Positions 40,801-54,800 of a DNA stretch of 64,000 bases are shown here, piece after piece. The notes beneath the pieces are model-generated. The model did not search any database. It was not told the DNA's origin and saw only the letters and a list, made by a program, of their open reading frames with translations. Made by a program: the position numbers and the translations under genes. Position 1 is the stretch's first letter. Each line of letters begins with the position of its first letter. This DNA is from the human T2T-CHM13v2.0 reference genome, Homo sapiens, in NCBI RefSeq assembly GCF_009914755.1, contig NC_060946.1, one strand, 5' to 3'.

Positions 40801-43800
40801 CTAGGCTTTGCGTACAGGGGGCTTTGTGACATACCTTTGCACTGATCACCCAGGTGATGTAACACATCTAAGTTCGGCCTAAAGGAGCTTTGTGACATAT
40901 CTCTGCACTGATCGCTTAGGTGATGTAACACTTTTATAATCACTGCCTACCGGGAATTTTGACAAATCTCTGCACTGATCACCTAGGTGATGTAACTCTT
41001 GTCTACCCTCTGTCCAACGGGGCATTGTGAAATATCTCTGCACAGATCACCCAGGTGATTCAACTCTTGACTAGGAACTGCCTACAGAGGATATTGTGAA
41101 ATATCTCTGCACTGATAAACTAGGTGGTGTAACCCTTGTCCAAGCTCTGCCTACAGGGGCGTTTCCACATATCCCTGAACTGATGACAGAGGTGATGTAA
41201 CTCTTGCCTAGGCTTTGCCTACAGGGAACATTGGACATATATCTGCACTGATCACCCAGGTGATGCAACTCTTGCCTAGGCTTTGCCTACAGGGGACATT
41301 GTGACATATCTCTTCAATGATCACTCATGTGATGCATCTCTTGCCTAGGCTTTGCCTACAGGGGACATTGTGACATATCTCTGCACTGATCTCCCAGGTG
41401 CTGTAACTGTAGTCTAGGCTCTGGCTACACGGCATTGTGACATATCACTGCACTGATCAACCAGGTGATATAAGTCTTGTATAGGCTCTGCCTACAGGGG
41501 GATTGTGACCTACCTCTGCACTGATCACCCAGGTGATATAACTCTTCTCTAGGATCTTCCTACAGGGTACTTTGTGACATATCCCTGCACTGATCACCCA
41601 TGTGATCTATCTCTGGTCTAAGCTCTGCCTAAAGGGGCTTTGTGACAGATCTCTGCACTGATCACTCAGGTGATGTAAGTATTGTCTAGGCTCTGCTTCA
41701 AGGGGCCTTGTCACATATCTCTGCACTGATCACCCAGGTGATGTAACTCTTGTCTAGGCTCTGCTTCCAGGGCATATTGTGACATATCTATGCACTGATC
41801 ACCTTAGTGATGTAACACTTTTGTAGGCTCGGCCTACAGGGGAATCTTGACATATCTCTGCACTGTTAACCGAGGTGATTTAACTCTTGTCTAGGCTGTG
41901 CCCACAGGGGGATTGAGACATATCTCTGCACTGATCCCGAGGTGATACAACTCTTGCCTGGTCTCGGCCTACTGTGGACATTGTGACATATCTCTGCACT
42001 GATCTCCCAGGTGCTGTAACTTTAGTCTAGGCTCTGGCTACACGGCATTGTGACATATCACTGCACTGATCACCCAGGCTATATAACTCTTCTCTAGGAT
42101 CTGACCACAGGGTGCTTTGTGACATATCCCTGCAATGATCACCCAGGTGATATACCACTTGCCAAGGCTCTGCCTACAGGGGCATTGCAATGTATCTCTG
42201 CACTGATCACCTAGGTCTTGTAGCTATTTTCTAGGATCTGCCTACAGGGTGCCTTGTGACGGGTCCCAGCAAGGATTACCCAGGTGATGTACCTCTCATC
42301 AAGCCTCTGCCTACAGGCACATTGTGATGTATCTCTGCACTGATCACCTAGGTCATGTAACCTTTTTCTAGGCTCTACCTACGATGGCATTGTGACATAT
42401 CTCTGCACTAATCATCCAAGTGATGTAACTCTTGTCTAGGATGTGCCTAAATTAACTTTTTGACATAACCCTGTACTGATCATCCAGGTGATGGAGCTTT
42501 TGTCTAGGCTCTGCCTAAGGGGGCATTGTGACATATTTCTGCATTGATCCCCCAGGTGGCGAACTCTTCTCTCGGATCTGCCTATGGGGGCATTGTGAGA
42601 AATCTCTGCACTGATCACCCAGGTGATGTAACTGTTGTGTAACCTCTGCCTACAGGGGAATTGTGAGAGATCTCGCCACTGATTACCCAAGTGATGTAAC
42701 CGTTGTCTGGGCTTTGCGTACAGGGGGCCTTGTGACATACCTTTGCACTGATCACCCAGGTGATGTAACACATCTAAGTTCGGCCTAAAGGAGCTTTGTG
42801 ACATATCTCTGCACTGATCGCTTAGGTGATGTAACACTTTTATAATCACTGCCTACAGGGAATTTTGACAAATGTCTGCACTGATCACCTAGGTGATGTA
42901 ACTCTTGTCTACCCTCTGTCCAACGGGGCATTGTGAAATATCTCTGCACTGATCACCCAGGTGATTCAACTCTTGACTAGGAACTGCCTACAGAGGTTAT
43001 TGTGAAATATCTCTGCACTGATAAACTAGGTGGTGTAACCCTTGTCCAAGCTCTGCCTACAGGGGCGTTTCCACATATCCCTGAACTGATGACAGAGGTG
43101 ATGTAACTCTTGCCTAGGCTTTGCCTACAGGGAACATTGGACATATATCTGCACTGATCACCCAGGTGATGCAACTCTTGCCTAGGCTTTGCCTACAGGG
43201 GACATTGTGACATATCTCTTCAATGATCACTCATGTGATGCATCTCTTGCCTAGGCTTTGCCTACAGGGGACATTTTGACATATCTCTGCACTGATCTCC
43301 CAGGTGCTGTAACTTTAGTCTAGGCTCTGGCTACACGGCATTGTGACATATCACTGCACTGATCAACCAGGTGATGTAACTCTTGTATAGGCTCTGCCTA
43401 CAGGGGGATTGTGACCTACCTCTGCACTGATCACCGAGGTGATATTACTCTTCTCTAGGATCTTCCTACAGGGTACTTTGTGACATATCCCTGCACTGAT
43501 CACCCAGGTGATCTATCTCTGGTCTAAGCTCTGCCTAAAGGGGCATTGTGACAGATCTCTGCACTGATCACTCAGGTGATGTAAGTATTGTCTAGGCTCT
43601 GCTTCAAGGGGCCTTGTCACATATCTCTGCACTGATCACCCAGGTGATGTAACTCTTGTCTAGGCCCTGCTTCCAGGGCATATTGTGACATATCTATGCA
43701 CTGATCACCTTAGTGATGTAACACATTGGTAGGCTCGGCCTACAGGGGAATCTTGACATATCTCTGCACTGTTAACCGAGGTGATTTAACTCTTGTCTAG

Positions 43801-44341
43801 GCTGTGCCCACAGGGGGATTGAGACATATCTCTGCACTGATCCCGAGGTGATACAACTCTTGACTGGTCTCTGCCTACTGTGGACATTGTGACATATCTC
43901 TGCACTGATCTCCCAGGTGCTGTAACTTTAGTCTAGGCTCTGGCTACACGGCATTGTGACATATCACTGCACTGATCACCCAGGCGATATAACTCTTCTC
44001 TAGGATCTGACCACAGGGTGCTTTGTGACATATCCCTGCAATGATCACCCAGGTGATATACCACTTGCCAATGCTCTGCCTACAGGGGCATTGCAATGTA
44101 TCTCTGCACTGATCACCTAGGTCTTGTAGCTATTTTCTAGGATCTGCCTACAGGGTGCTTTGTGACGTGTCCCAGCAAGGATTACCCAGGTGATGTACCT
44201 CTCATCAAGGCTCTGCCTACAGGCACATTGTGATGTATCTCTGCACTGATCACCTAGGTCATGTAAATTTTGTCTAGGCTCTACCTACGATGGCATTGTG
44301 ACATATCTCTGCACTAATCATCCAAGTGATGTAACTCTTGT
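34812..44341 (-). repeat. Five canonical 28-mer HORs (1906 bp each)
   Basis: Markers at 34812, 36718, 38624, 40530, 42436 and 44342. Confidence 0.92.
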
Positions 44342-45837
44342 CTAGGATGTGCCTAAATTAACTTTTTGACATAACCCTGTACTGATCATCCAGGTGATGG
44401 AGCTTTTGTCTAGGCTCTGCCTAAGGGGGCATTGTGACATATTTCTGCATTGATCCCCCAGGTGGCGAACTCTTCTCTCGGATCTGCCTATGGGGGCATT
44501 GTGAGAAATCTCTGCACTGATCACCCAGGTGATGTAACTGTTGTGTAACCTCTGCCTACAGGGGAATTGTGAGAGATCTCGCCACTGATTACCCAAGTGA
44601 TGTAACCGTTGTCTAGGCTTTGCGTACAGGGGGCTTTGTGACATAACTTTGCACTGATCACCCAGGTGATGTAACACATCTAAGTTCGGCCTAAAGGAGC
44701 TTTGTGACATATCTCTGCACTGATCGCTTAGGTGATGTAACACTTTTATAATCACTGCCTACAGGGAATTTTGACAAATGTCTGCACTGATCTCCTAGGT
44801 GATGTAACTCTTGTCTACCCTCTGTCCAACGGGGCATTGTGAAATATCTCTGCACAGATCACCCAGGTGATTCAACTCTTGACTAGGAACTGCCTACAGA
44901 GGTTATTGTGAAATATCTCTGCACTGATAAACTAGGTGGTGTAACCCTTGTCCAAGCTCTGCCTACAGGGGCGTTTCCACATATCCCTGAACTGATGACA
45001 GAGGTGATGTAACTCTTGCCTAGGCTTTGCCTACAGGGAACATTGGACATATATCTGCACTGATCACCCAGGTGATGCAACTCTTGCCTAGGCTTTGCCT
45101 ACAGGGGACATTGTGACATATCTCTTCAATGATCACTCATGTGATGCATCTCTTGCCTAGGCTTTGCCTACAGGGGACATTGTGACATATCTCTGCACTG
45201 ATCTCCCAGGTGCTGTAACTTTAGTCTAGGCTCTGGCTACACGGCATTGTGACATATCACTGCACTGATCACCCAGGTGATGTAACTCTTGTCTAGGCTG
45301 CGCCCACAGGGGGATTGAGACATATCTCTGCACTGATCCCGAGGTGATACAACTCTTGCCTGGTCTCGGCCTACTGTGGACATTGTGACATATCTCTGCA
45401 CTGATCTCCCAGGTGTTGTAACTTTAGTCTAGGCTCTGGCTACACGGCATTGTGACATATCACTGCACTGATCACCCAGGCGATATAACTCTTCTCTAGG
45501 ATCTGACCACAGGGTGCTTTGTGATATATCCCTGCAATGATCACCCAGGTGATATACCACTTGCCAAGGCTCTGCCTACAGGGGCATTGCAATGTATCTC
45601 TGCACTGATCACCTAGGTCTTGTAGCTATTTTCTAGGATCTGCCTACAGGGTGCCTTGTGACGTGTCCCAGCAAGGATTACCCAGGTGATGTACCTCTCA
45701 TCAAGGCTCTGCCTACAGGCACATTGTGATGTATCTCTGCACTGATCACCTAGGTCATGTAACCTTTTTCTAGGCTCTACCTACGATGGCATTGTGACAT
45801 ATCTCTGCACTAATCATCCAAGTGATGTAACTCTTGT
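44342..45837 (-). repeat. 22-monomer deletion variant HOR (1496 bp; six monomers lost between m23 and m2)
   Basis: m23 is followed at 45267 by a hybrid monomer ending in the m2 tail (cccacagggggattgagacat); 410 bp shorter than canonical. Confidence 0.88.
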
Positions 45838-48800
45838 CTAGGATGTGCCTAAATTAACTTTTTGACATAACCCTGTACTGATCATCCAGGTGATGGAGCT
45901 TTTGTCTAGGCTCTGCCTAAGGGGGCATTGTGACATATTTCTGCATTGATCCCCCAGGTGGCGAACTCTTCTCTCGGATCTGCCTATGGGGGCATTGTGA
46001 GAAATCTCTGCACTGATCACCCAGGTGATGTAACTGTTGTGTAACCTCTGCCTACAGGGGAATTGTGAGAGATCTCGTCACTGATTACCCAAGTGATGTA
46101 ACCGTTGTCTGGGCTTTGCGTACAGGGGGCCTTGTGACATACCTTTGCACTGATCACCCAGGTGATGTAACACATCTAAGTTCGGCCTAAAGGAGCTTTG
46201 TGACATATCTCTGCACTGATCGCTTAGGTGATGTAACACTTTTATAATCACTGCCTACAGGGAATTTTGACAAATGTCTGCACTGATCACCTAGGTGATG
46301 TAACTCTTGTCTACCCTCTGTCCAACGGGGCATTGTGAAATATCTCTGCACTGATCACCCAGGTGATTCAACTCTTGACTAGGAACTGCCTACAGAGGTT
46401 ATTGTGAAATATCTCTGCACTGATAAACTAGGTGGTGTAACCCTTGTCCAAGCTCTGCCTACAGGGGCGTTTCCACATATCCCTGAACTGATGACAGAGG
46501 TGATGTAACTCTTGCCTAGGCTTTGCCTACAGGGAACATTGGACATATATCTGCACTGATCACCCAGGTGATGCAACTCTTGCCTAGGCTTTGCCTACAG
46601 GGGACATTGTGACATATCTCTTCAATGATCACTCATGTGATGCATCTCTTGCCTAGGCTTTGCCTACAGGGGACATTGTGACATATCTCTGCACTGATCT
46701 CCCAGGTGCTGTAACTTTAGTCTAGGCTCTGGCTACACGGCATTGTGACATATCACTGCACTGATCAACCAGGTGATATAAGTCTTGTATAGGCTCTGCC
46801 TACAGGGGGATTGTGACCTACCTCTGCACTGATCACCCAGGTGATATAACTCTTCTCTAGGATCTTCCTACAGGGTACTTTGTGACATATCCCTGCACTG
46901 ATCACCCATGTGATCTATCTCTGGTCTAAGCTCTGCCTAAAGGGGCTTTGTGACAGATCTCTGCACTGATCACTCAGGTGATGTAAGTATTGTCTAGGCT
47001 CTGCTTCAAGGGGCCTTGTCACATATCTCTGCACTGATCACCCAGGTGATGTAACTCTTGTCTAGGCTCTGCTTCCAGGGCATATTGTGACATATCTATG
47101 CACTGATCACCTTAGTGATGTAACACTTTGGTACGCTCGGCCTACAGGGGAATCTTGACATATCTCTGCACTGTTAACCGAGGTGATTTAACTCTTGTCT
47201 AGGCTGTGCCAACAGGGGGATTGAGACATATCTCTGCACTGATCCCGAGGTGATACAACTCTTGCCTGGTCTCTGCCTACTGTGGACATTGTGACATATC
47301 TCTGCACTGATCTCCCAGGTGCTGTAACTTTAGTCTAGGCTCTGGCGACACGGCATTGTGACATATCACTGCACTGATCACCCAGGCGATATAACTCTTC
47401 TCTAGTATCTGACCACAGGGTGCTTTGTGACATATCCCTGCAATGATCACCCAGGTGATATACCACTTGCCAAGGCTCTGCCTACAGGGGCATTGCAATG
47501 TATCTCTGCACTGATCACCTAGGTCTTGTAGCTATTTTCTAGCATCTGCCTACAGGGTGCTTTGTGACGTGTCCCAGCAAGGATTACCCAGGTGATGTAC
47601 CTCTCATCAAGGCTCTGCCTACAGGCACATTTTGATGTATCTCTGCACTGATCACCTAGGTCATGTAAATTTTGTCTAGGCTCTACCTACGATGGCATTG
47701 TGACATATCTCTGCACTAATCATCCAAGTGATGTAACTCTTGTCTAGGATGTGCCTAAATTAACTTTTTGACATAACCCTGTACTGATCATCCAGGTGAT
47801 GGAGCTTTTGTCTAGGCCCTGCCTAAGGGGGCATTGTGACATATTTCTGCATTGATCCCCCAGGTGGCGAACTCTTCTCTCGGATCTTCCTATGGGGGCA
47901 TTGTGAGAAATCTCTGCACTGATCACCCAGGTGATCTAACTGTTGTGTAACCTCTGCCTACAGGGGAATTGTGAGAGATCTCGTCACTGATTACCCAAGT
48001 GATGTAACCGTTGTCTAGGCTTTGCGTACAGGGGGCTTTGTGACATACCTTTGCACTGATCACCCAGGTGATGTAACACATCTAAGTTCGGCCTAAAGGA
48101 GCTTTGTGACATATCTCTGCACTGATCGCTTAGGTGATGTAACACTTTTATAATCACTGCCTACAGGGAATTTTGACAAATCTCTGCACTGATCACCTAG
48201 GTGATGTAACTCTTGTCTACCCTCTGTCCAACGGGGCATTGTGAAATATCTCTGCACTGATCACCCAGGTGATTCAACTCTTGACTAGGAACTGCCTACA
48301 GAGGTTATTGTGAAATATCTCTGCACTGATAAACTAGGTGGTGTAAGCCTTGTCCAAGCTCTACCTACAGGGGCGTTTCCACATATCCCTGAACTGATGA
48401 TAGAGGTGATGTAACTCTTGCCTAGGCTTTGCCTACAGGGAACATTGGACATATATCTGCACTGATCACCCAGGTGATGCAACTCTTTCCTAGGCTTTGC
48501 CTACAGGGGACATTGTGACATATCTCTTCAATGATCACTCATGTGATGCATCTCTTGCCTAGGCTTTGCCTACAAGGGACATTGTGACTTATCTCTGCAC
48601 TGATCTCCCAGGTGCTGTAACTTTCGTCTAGGCTCTGGCAACACGGCATTGTGACATATCACTGCACTGATCAACCAGGTGATATAACTCTTGTATAGGC
48701 TCTGCCTACAGGGGGATTGTGACCTACCCCTGCACTGATCACCCAGGTGATACAACTCTTCTCTAGGATCTTCCTACAGGGTACTTTGTGACATATCCCT

Positions 48801-51800
48801 GCACTGATCACCCATGTGATCTATCTCTGGTCTAAGCTCCGCCTAAAGGGGCTTTGTGACAGATCTCTGCACTGATCACTCAGGTGATGTAAGTATTGTC
48901 TAGGCTCTGCTTCAAGGGGCCTTGTCACATATCTCTGCACTGATCACCCAGGTGATGTAACTCTTGTCTAGGCTCTGCTTCCAGGGCATATTGTGACATA
49001 TCTATGCACTGATCACCATAGTGATGTAACACTTTTGTAGGCTCGGCCTACAGGGGAATCTTGACATATCTCTGCACTGTTAAACGAGGTGATTTAACTC
49101 TTGTCTAGGCTGTGCCCACAGGGGGATTGAGACACATCTCTGCACTGATCCCGAGGTGATACAACTCTTGCCTGGTCTCTGCCTACTGTGGACATTGTGA
49201 CATATCTCTGCACTGATCTCCCAGGTGCTGTAACTTTAGTCTAGGCTCTGGCTACACGGCATTGTGACATATCACTGCACTGATCACCCAGACGATATAA
49301 CTCTTCTCTAGGATCTGACCACATTGTGCTTTGTGACATATCCCTGCAATGATCACCCAGGTGATATACCACTTGCCAAGGCTCTGCTTACAGGGGCATT
49401 GCAATGTATCTCTGCACTGATCACCTAGGTCTTGTAGCTATTTTCTAGGATCTGCCTACAGGGTGCTTTGTGACGTGTCCCAGCAAGGATTACCCAGGTG
49501 ATGTACCTCTCATCAAGGCTCTGCCTACAGGCACATTGTGATGTATCTCTGCACTGATCACCTAGGTCATGTAACCTTTTTCTAGGCTCTACCTACGATG
49601 GCATTGTGACATATCTCTGCAGTAATCATCCAAGTGATGTAACTCTTGTCTAGGATGTGCCTAAATTAACTTTTTGACATAACCCTGTACTGATCATCCA
49701 GGTGATGGAGCTTTTGTCTAGGCTCTGCCTAAGGGGGCATTATGACATATTTCTGCATTGATCCGCCAGGTGGCGAACTCTTCTCTCGGATCTGCCTATG
49801 GGGGCATTGTGAGAAATCTCTGCACTGATCACCCAGGTGATGTAACTGTTGTGTAACCTCTGCCTACAGGGGAATTGTGAGAGATCTCGCCACTGATTAC
49901 CCAAGTGATGTAACCGTTGTCTGGGCTTTGCGTACAGGGGGCCTTGTGACATACCTTTGCACTGAACACCCAGGTGATGTAACACATCTAAGTTCGGCCT
50001 AAAGGAGCTTTGTGACATATCTCTGCACTGATCGCTTAGGTGATGTAACACTTTTATAATCACTGCCTACAGGGAATTTTGACAAATGTCTGCACTGATC
50101 ACCTAGGTGATGTAACTCTTGTCTACCCTCTGTCCAACGGGGCATTGTGAAATATCTCTGCACTGATCACCCAGGTGATTCAACTCTTGACTAGGAACTG
50201 CCTACAGAGGTAATTGTGAAATATCTCTGCACTGATAAACTAGGTGGTGTAACCCTTGTCCAAGCTCTGCCTACAGGGGCGTTTCCACATATCCCTGAAC
50301 TGATGACAGAGGTGATGTAACTCTTGCCTAGGCTTTGCCTACAGGGAACATTGGACATATATCTGCACTGATCACCCAGGTGATGCAACTCTTGCCTAGG
50401 CTTTGCCTACAGGGGACATTGTGACATATCTCTTCAATGATCACTCATGTGATGCATCTCTTGCCTAGGCTTTGCCTACAGGGGACATTTTGACATATCT
50501 CTGCATTGATCTCCCAGGTGCTGTAACTTTAGTCTAGGCTCTGGCTACACGGCATTGTGACATATCACTGCACTGATCAACCAGGTGATATAACTCTTGT
50601 ATAGGCTCTGCCTACAGGGGGATTGTGACCTACCTCTGCACTGATCACCGAGGTGATATTACTCTTCTCTAGGATCTTCCTACAGGGTACTTTGTGACAT
50701 ATCCCTGCACTGATCACCCAGGTGATCTATCTCTGGTCTAAGCTCTGCCTAAAGGGGCATTGTGACAGATCTCTGCACTGATCACTCAGGTGATGTAAGT
50801 ATTGTCTAGGCTCTGCTTCAAGGGGCCTTGTCACATATCTCTGCACTGATCACCCAGGTGATGTAACTCTTGTCTAGGTTCTGCTTCCAGGGCATATTGT
50901 GACATATCTATGCACTGATCACCTTAGTGATGTAACACTTTGGTAGGCTCGGCCTACAGGGGAATCTTGACATATCTCTGCACTGTTAACCGAGGTGATT
51001 TAACTCTTGTCTAGGCTGTGCCCACAGGGGGATTGAGACATATCTCTGCACTGATCCCGAGGTGATACAAGTCTTGCCTGGTCTCTGCCTACTGTGGACA
51101 TTGTGACATATCTCTGCACTGATCTCCCAGGTGCTGTAACTTTAGTCTAGGCTCTGGCTACACGGCATTGTGACATATCACTGCACTGATCACCCAGACG
51201 ATATAACTCTTCTCTAGGATCTGACCACATTGTGATTTGTGACATATCCCTGCAATGATCACCCAGGTGATATACCACTTGCCAAGGCTCTGCCTACAGG
51301 GGCATTGCAATGTATCTCTGCACTGATCACCTAGGTCTTGTAGCTATTTTCTAGGATCTGCCTACAGGGTGCTTTGTGACGTGTCCCAGCAAGGATTACC
51401 CAGGTGATGTACCTCTCATCAAGGCTCTGCCTACAGGCACATTGTGATGTATCTCTGCACTGATCACCTAGGTCATGTAAATTTTGTCTAGGCTCTACCT
51501 ACGATGGCATTGTGACATATCTCTGCACTAATCATCCAAGTGATGTAACTCTTGTCTAGGATATGCCTAAATTAACTTTTTGACATAACCCTGTACTGAT
51601 CATCCTGGTGATGGAGCTTTTGTCTAGGCTCTGCCTAAGGGGGCATTGTGACATATTTCTGCATTGATCCCCCAGGTGGCGAACTCTTCTCTCGGATCTG
51701 CCTATGGGGGCATTGTGAGAAATCTCTGCACTGATCACCCAGGTGATGTAACTGTTGTGTAAACTCTGCCTACAGGGGAATTGTGAGAGATCTCGCCACT

Positions 51801-54800
51801 GATTACCCAAGTGATGTAACCGTTGTCTAGGCTTTGCGTACAGGGGGCTTTGTGATATACCTTTTCACTGATCACCCAGGAGATGTAACACATCTAAGTT
51901 CGGCCTAAAGGAGCTTTGTGACATATCTCTGCACTGATCGCTTAGGTTATGTAACACTTTTTTAATCACTGCCTACAGGGAATTTTGACAAATGTCTGCA
52001 CTGATCACCTAGGTGATGTAACTCTTGTCTACCCTCTGTCCAACGGGGCATTGTGAAATATCTCTGCACTGATCACCCAGGTGATTCAACTCTTGACTAG
52101 GAACTGCCTACAGAGGTTATTGTGAAATATCTCTGCACTGATAAACTAGGTGGTGTAAACCTTGTCCAAACTCTGTCTACAGGGGCGTTTCCACATATCC
52201 CTGAACTGATGACAGAGGTGATGTAACTCTTGCCTAGGCTTTGCCTACAGGGAACATTGGACATATATCTGCACTGATCACCCAGGTGATGCAACTCTTG
52301 CCTAGGCTTTGCCTACAGGGGACATTGTGACATATCTCTTCAATGATCACTCATGTGATGCATCTCTTGCCTAGGCTTTGCCTACAGGGGACATTTTGAC
52401 ATATCTCTGCACTGATCTCCCAGGTGCTGTAACATTAGTCTAGGCTCTGGCTACAATGCATTGTGACATATCACTGCACTGATCAACCTGGTGATATAAC
52501 TCTTGTATAGGCTCTGCCTACAGGGGGATTGTGACCTACCTCTGCACTGATCACCCAGGTGATATAACTCTTCTCTAGGATCTTCCTACAGGGTACTTTG
52601 TGACATATCCCTGCACTGATCACCCAGGTGATCTATCTCTGTTCTAAGCTCTGCCTAAAGGGGCATTGTGACAGATCTCTGCACTGATCACTCAGGTGAT
52701 GTAAGTATTGTCTAGGCTCTGCTTCAAGGGGCCTTGTCACATATCTCTGCACTGATCACCCAGGTGATGTAACTCTTGTCTAGGCTCTGCTTCCAGGGCA
52801 TATTGTGACATATCTATGCACTGATCACCTTAGTGATGTAACACTTTGGTAGGCTCGGCCTACAGGGGAATCTTGACATATCTCTGCACTGTTAACCGAG
52901 GTGATTTAACTCTTGTCTAGGCTGTGCCCACAGGGGGATTGAGACATATCTCTGCAATGATCCCGAGGTGATACAACTCTTGCCTGGTCTCTGCCTACTG
53001 TGGACATTGTGACATATCTCTACACTGATCTCCCAGGTGCTGTAACTTTAGTCTAGGCTCTGGCTACACGGCATTGTGACATATCACTGCACTGATCACC
53101 CAGGCGATATAACTCTTCTCAAGGATCTGACCACATTGTGCTTTGTGACATATCCCTGCAATGATCACCCAGGTGATATACCACTTGCCAAGGCTCTGCC
53201 TACAGGGGCATTGCAATGTATCTCTGCACTGATCACCTAGCTCTTGTAGCTATTTTCTAGGATCTGCCTACAGGGTGCTTTGTGACGTGTCCCAGCAAGG
53301 ATTACCCAGGTGATGTACCACTCATCAAGGCTCTGCCTACAGGCGCATTGTGATGTATCTCTGCACTGATCACGTAGGTCATGTAAATTTTGTCTAGGCT
53401 CTACCTACGATGGCATTGTGACATATCTCTGCACTAATCATCCAAGTGATGTAACTTTGTCTAGGATGTGCCTAAATTAACTTTTTGACATAAACCTGTA
53501 CTGATCAATCAGGTGATGGAGCTTTTGTCTAGGCTCTGCCTAAGGGGGCATTGTGACATATTTCTGCATTGATCCCCCAGGTGGCGAACTCTTCTCTCGG
53601 ATCTGCCTATGGGGGCATTGTGAGAAATCTCTGCACTGATCACCCAGGTGATGTAACTGTTGTGTAACCTCTGCCTACAGGGGAATTGTGAGAGATCTCG
53701 CCACTGATTACCCAAGTGATGTAACCGTTGTCTAGGCTTTGCGTACAGGGGGCTTTGTGACATACCTTTGCACTGATCACCCAGGTGATGTAACACATCT
53801 AAGTTCGGCCTAAAGGAGCTTTGTGACATATCTCTGCACTGATCGCTTAGGTGATGTAACACTTTTATAATCACTGCCTACAGGGAATTTTGACAAATGT
53901 CTGCACTGATCACCTAGGTGATGTAACTCTTGTCTACCCTCTGTCCAACGGGGCATTGTGAAATATCTCTGCACAGATCACCCAGGTGATTCAACTCTTG
54001 ACTAGAAACTGCCTACAGAGGTTATTGTGAAATATCTCTGCACTGATAAACTAGGTGGTGTAACCCTTGTCCAAGCTCTGCCTACAGGGGCGTTTCCACA
54101 TATCCCTGAACTGATGACAGAGGTGATGTAACTCTTGCCTAGGCTTTGCCTACAGGGCACATTGGACATATATCTGCACTGATCACCCAGGTGATGCAAC
54201 TCTTGCCTAGGCTTTGCCTACAGGGGACATTGTGACATATCTCTTCAATGATCACTCATGTGATGCATCTCTTGCCTAGGCTTTGCCTACAGGGGACATT
54301 GTGACATATCTCTGCACTGATCTCCCAGGTGCTGTAACTTTAGTCTAGGCTCTGGCTACACGGCATTGTGACATATCACTGCACTGATCAACCAGGTGAT
54401 ATAACTCTTGTATAGGCTCTGCCTACAGGGGGATTGTGACCTACCTCTGCACTGATAACCCAGGTGATATAACTCTTCTCTTGGATCTTCCTACAGGGTA
54501 CTTTGTGACATATCCCTGCACTGATCACCCATGTAATCTATCTCTGGTCTAAGGTCTGCCTAAAGGGGCTTTGTGACAGATCTCTGCACTGATCACTCAG
54601 GTGATGTAAGTATTGTCTAGGCTCTGCTTCAAGGGGCCTTGTCACATATCTCTGCACTGATCACCCAGGTGATGTAACTCTTGTCTAGGCTCTGCTTCCA
54701 GGGCATATTGTGACATATCTATGCACTGATCACCTTAGTGATGTAACACTTTGGTAGGCTCGGCCTACAGGGGAATCTTGACATATCTCTGCACTGTTAA

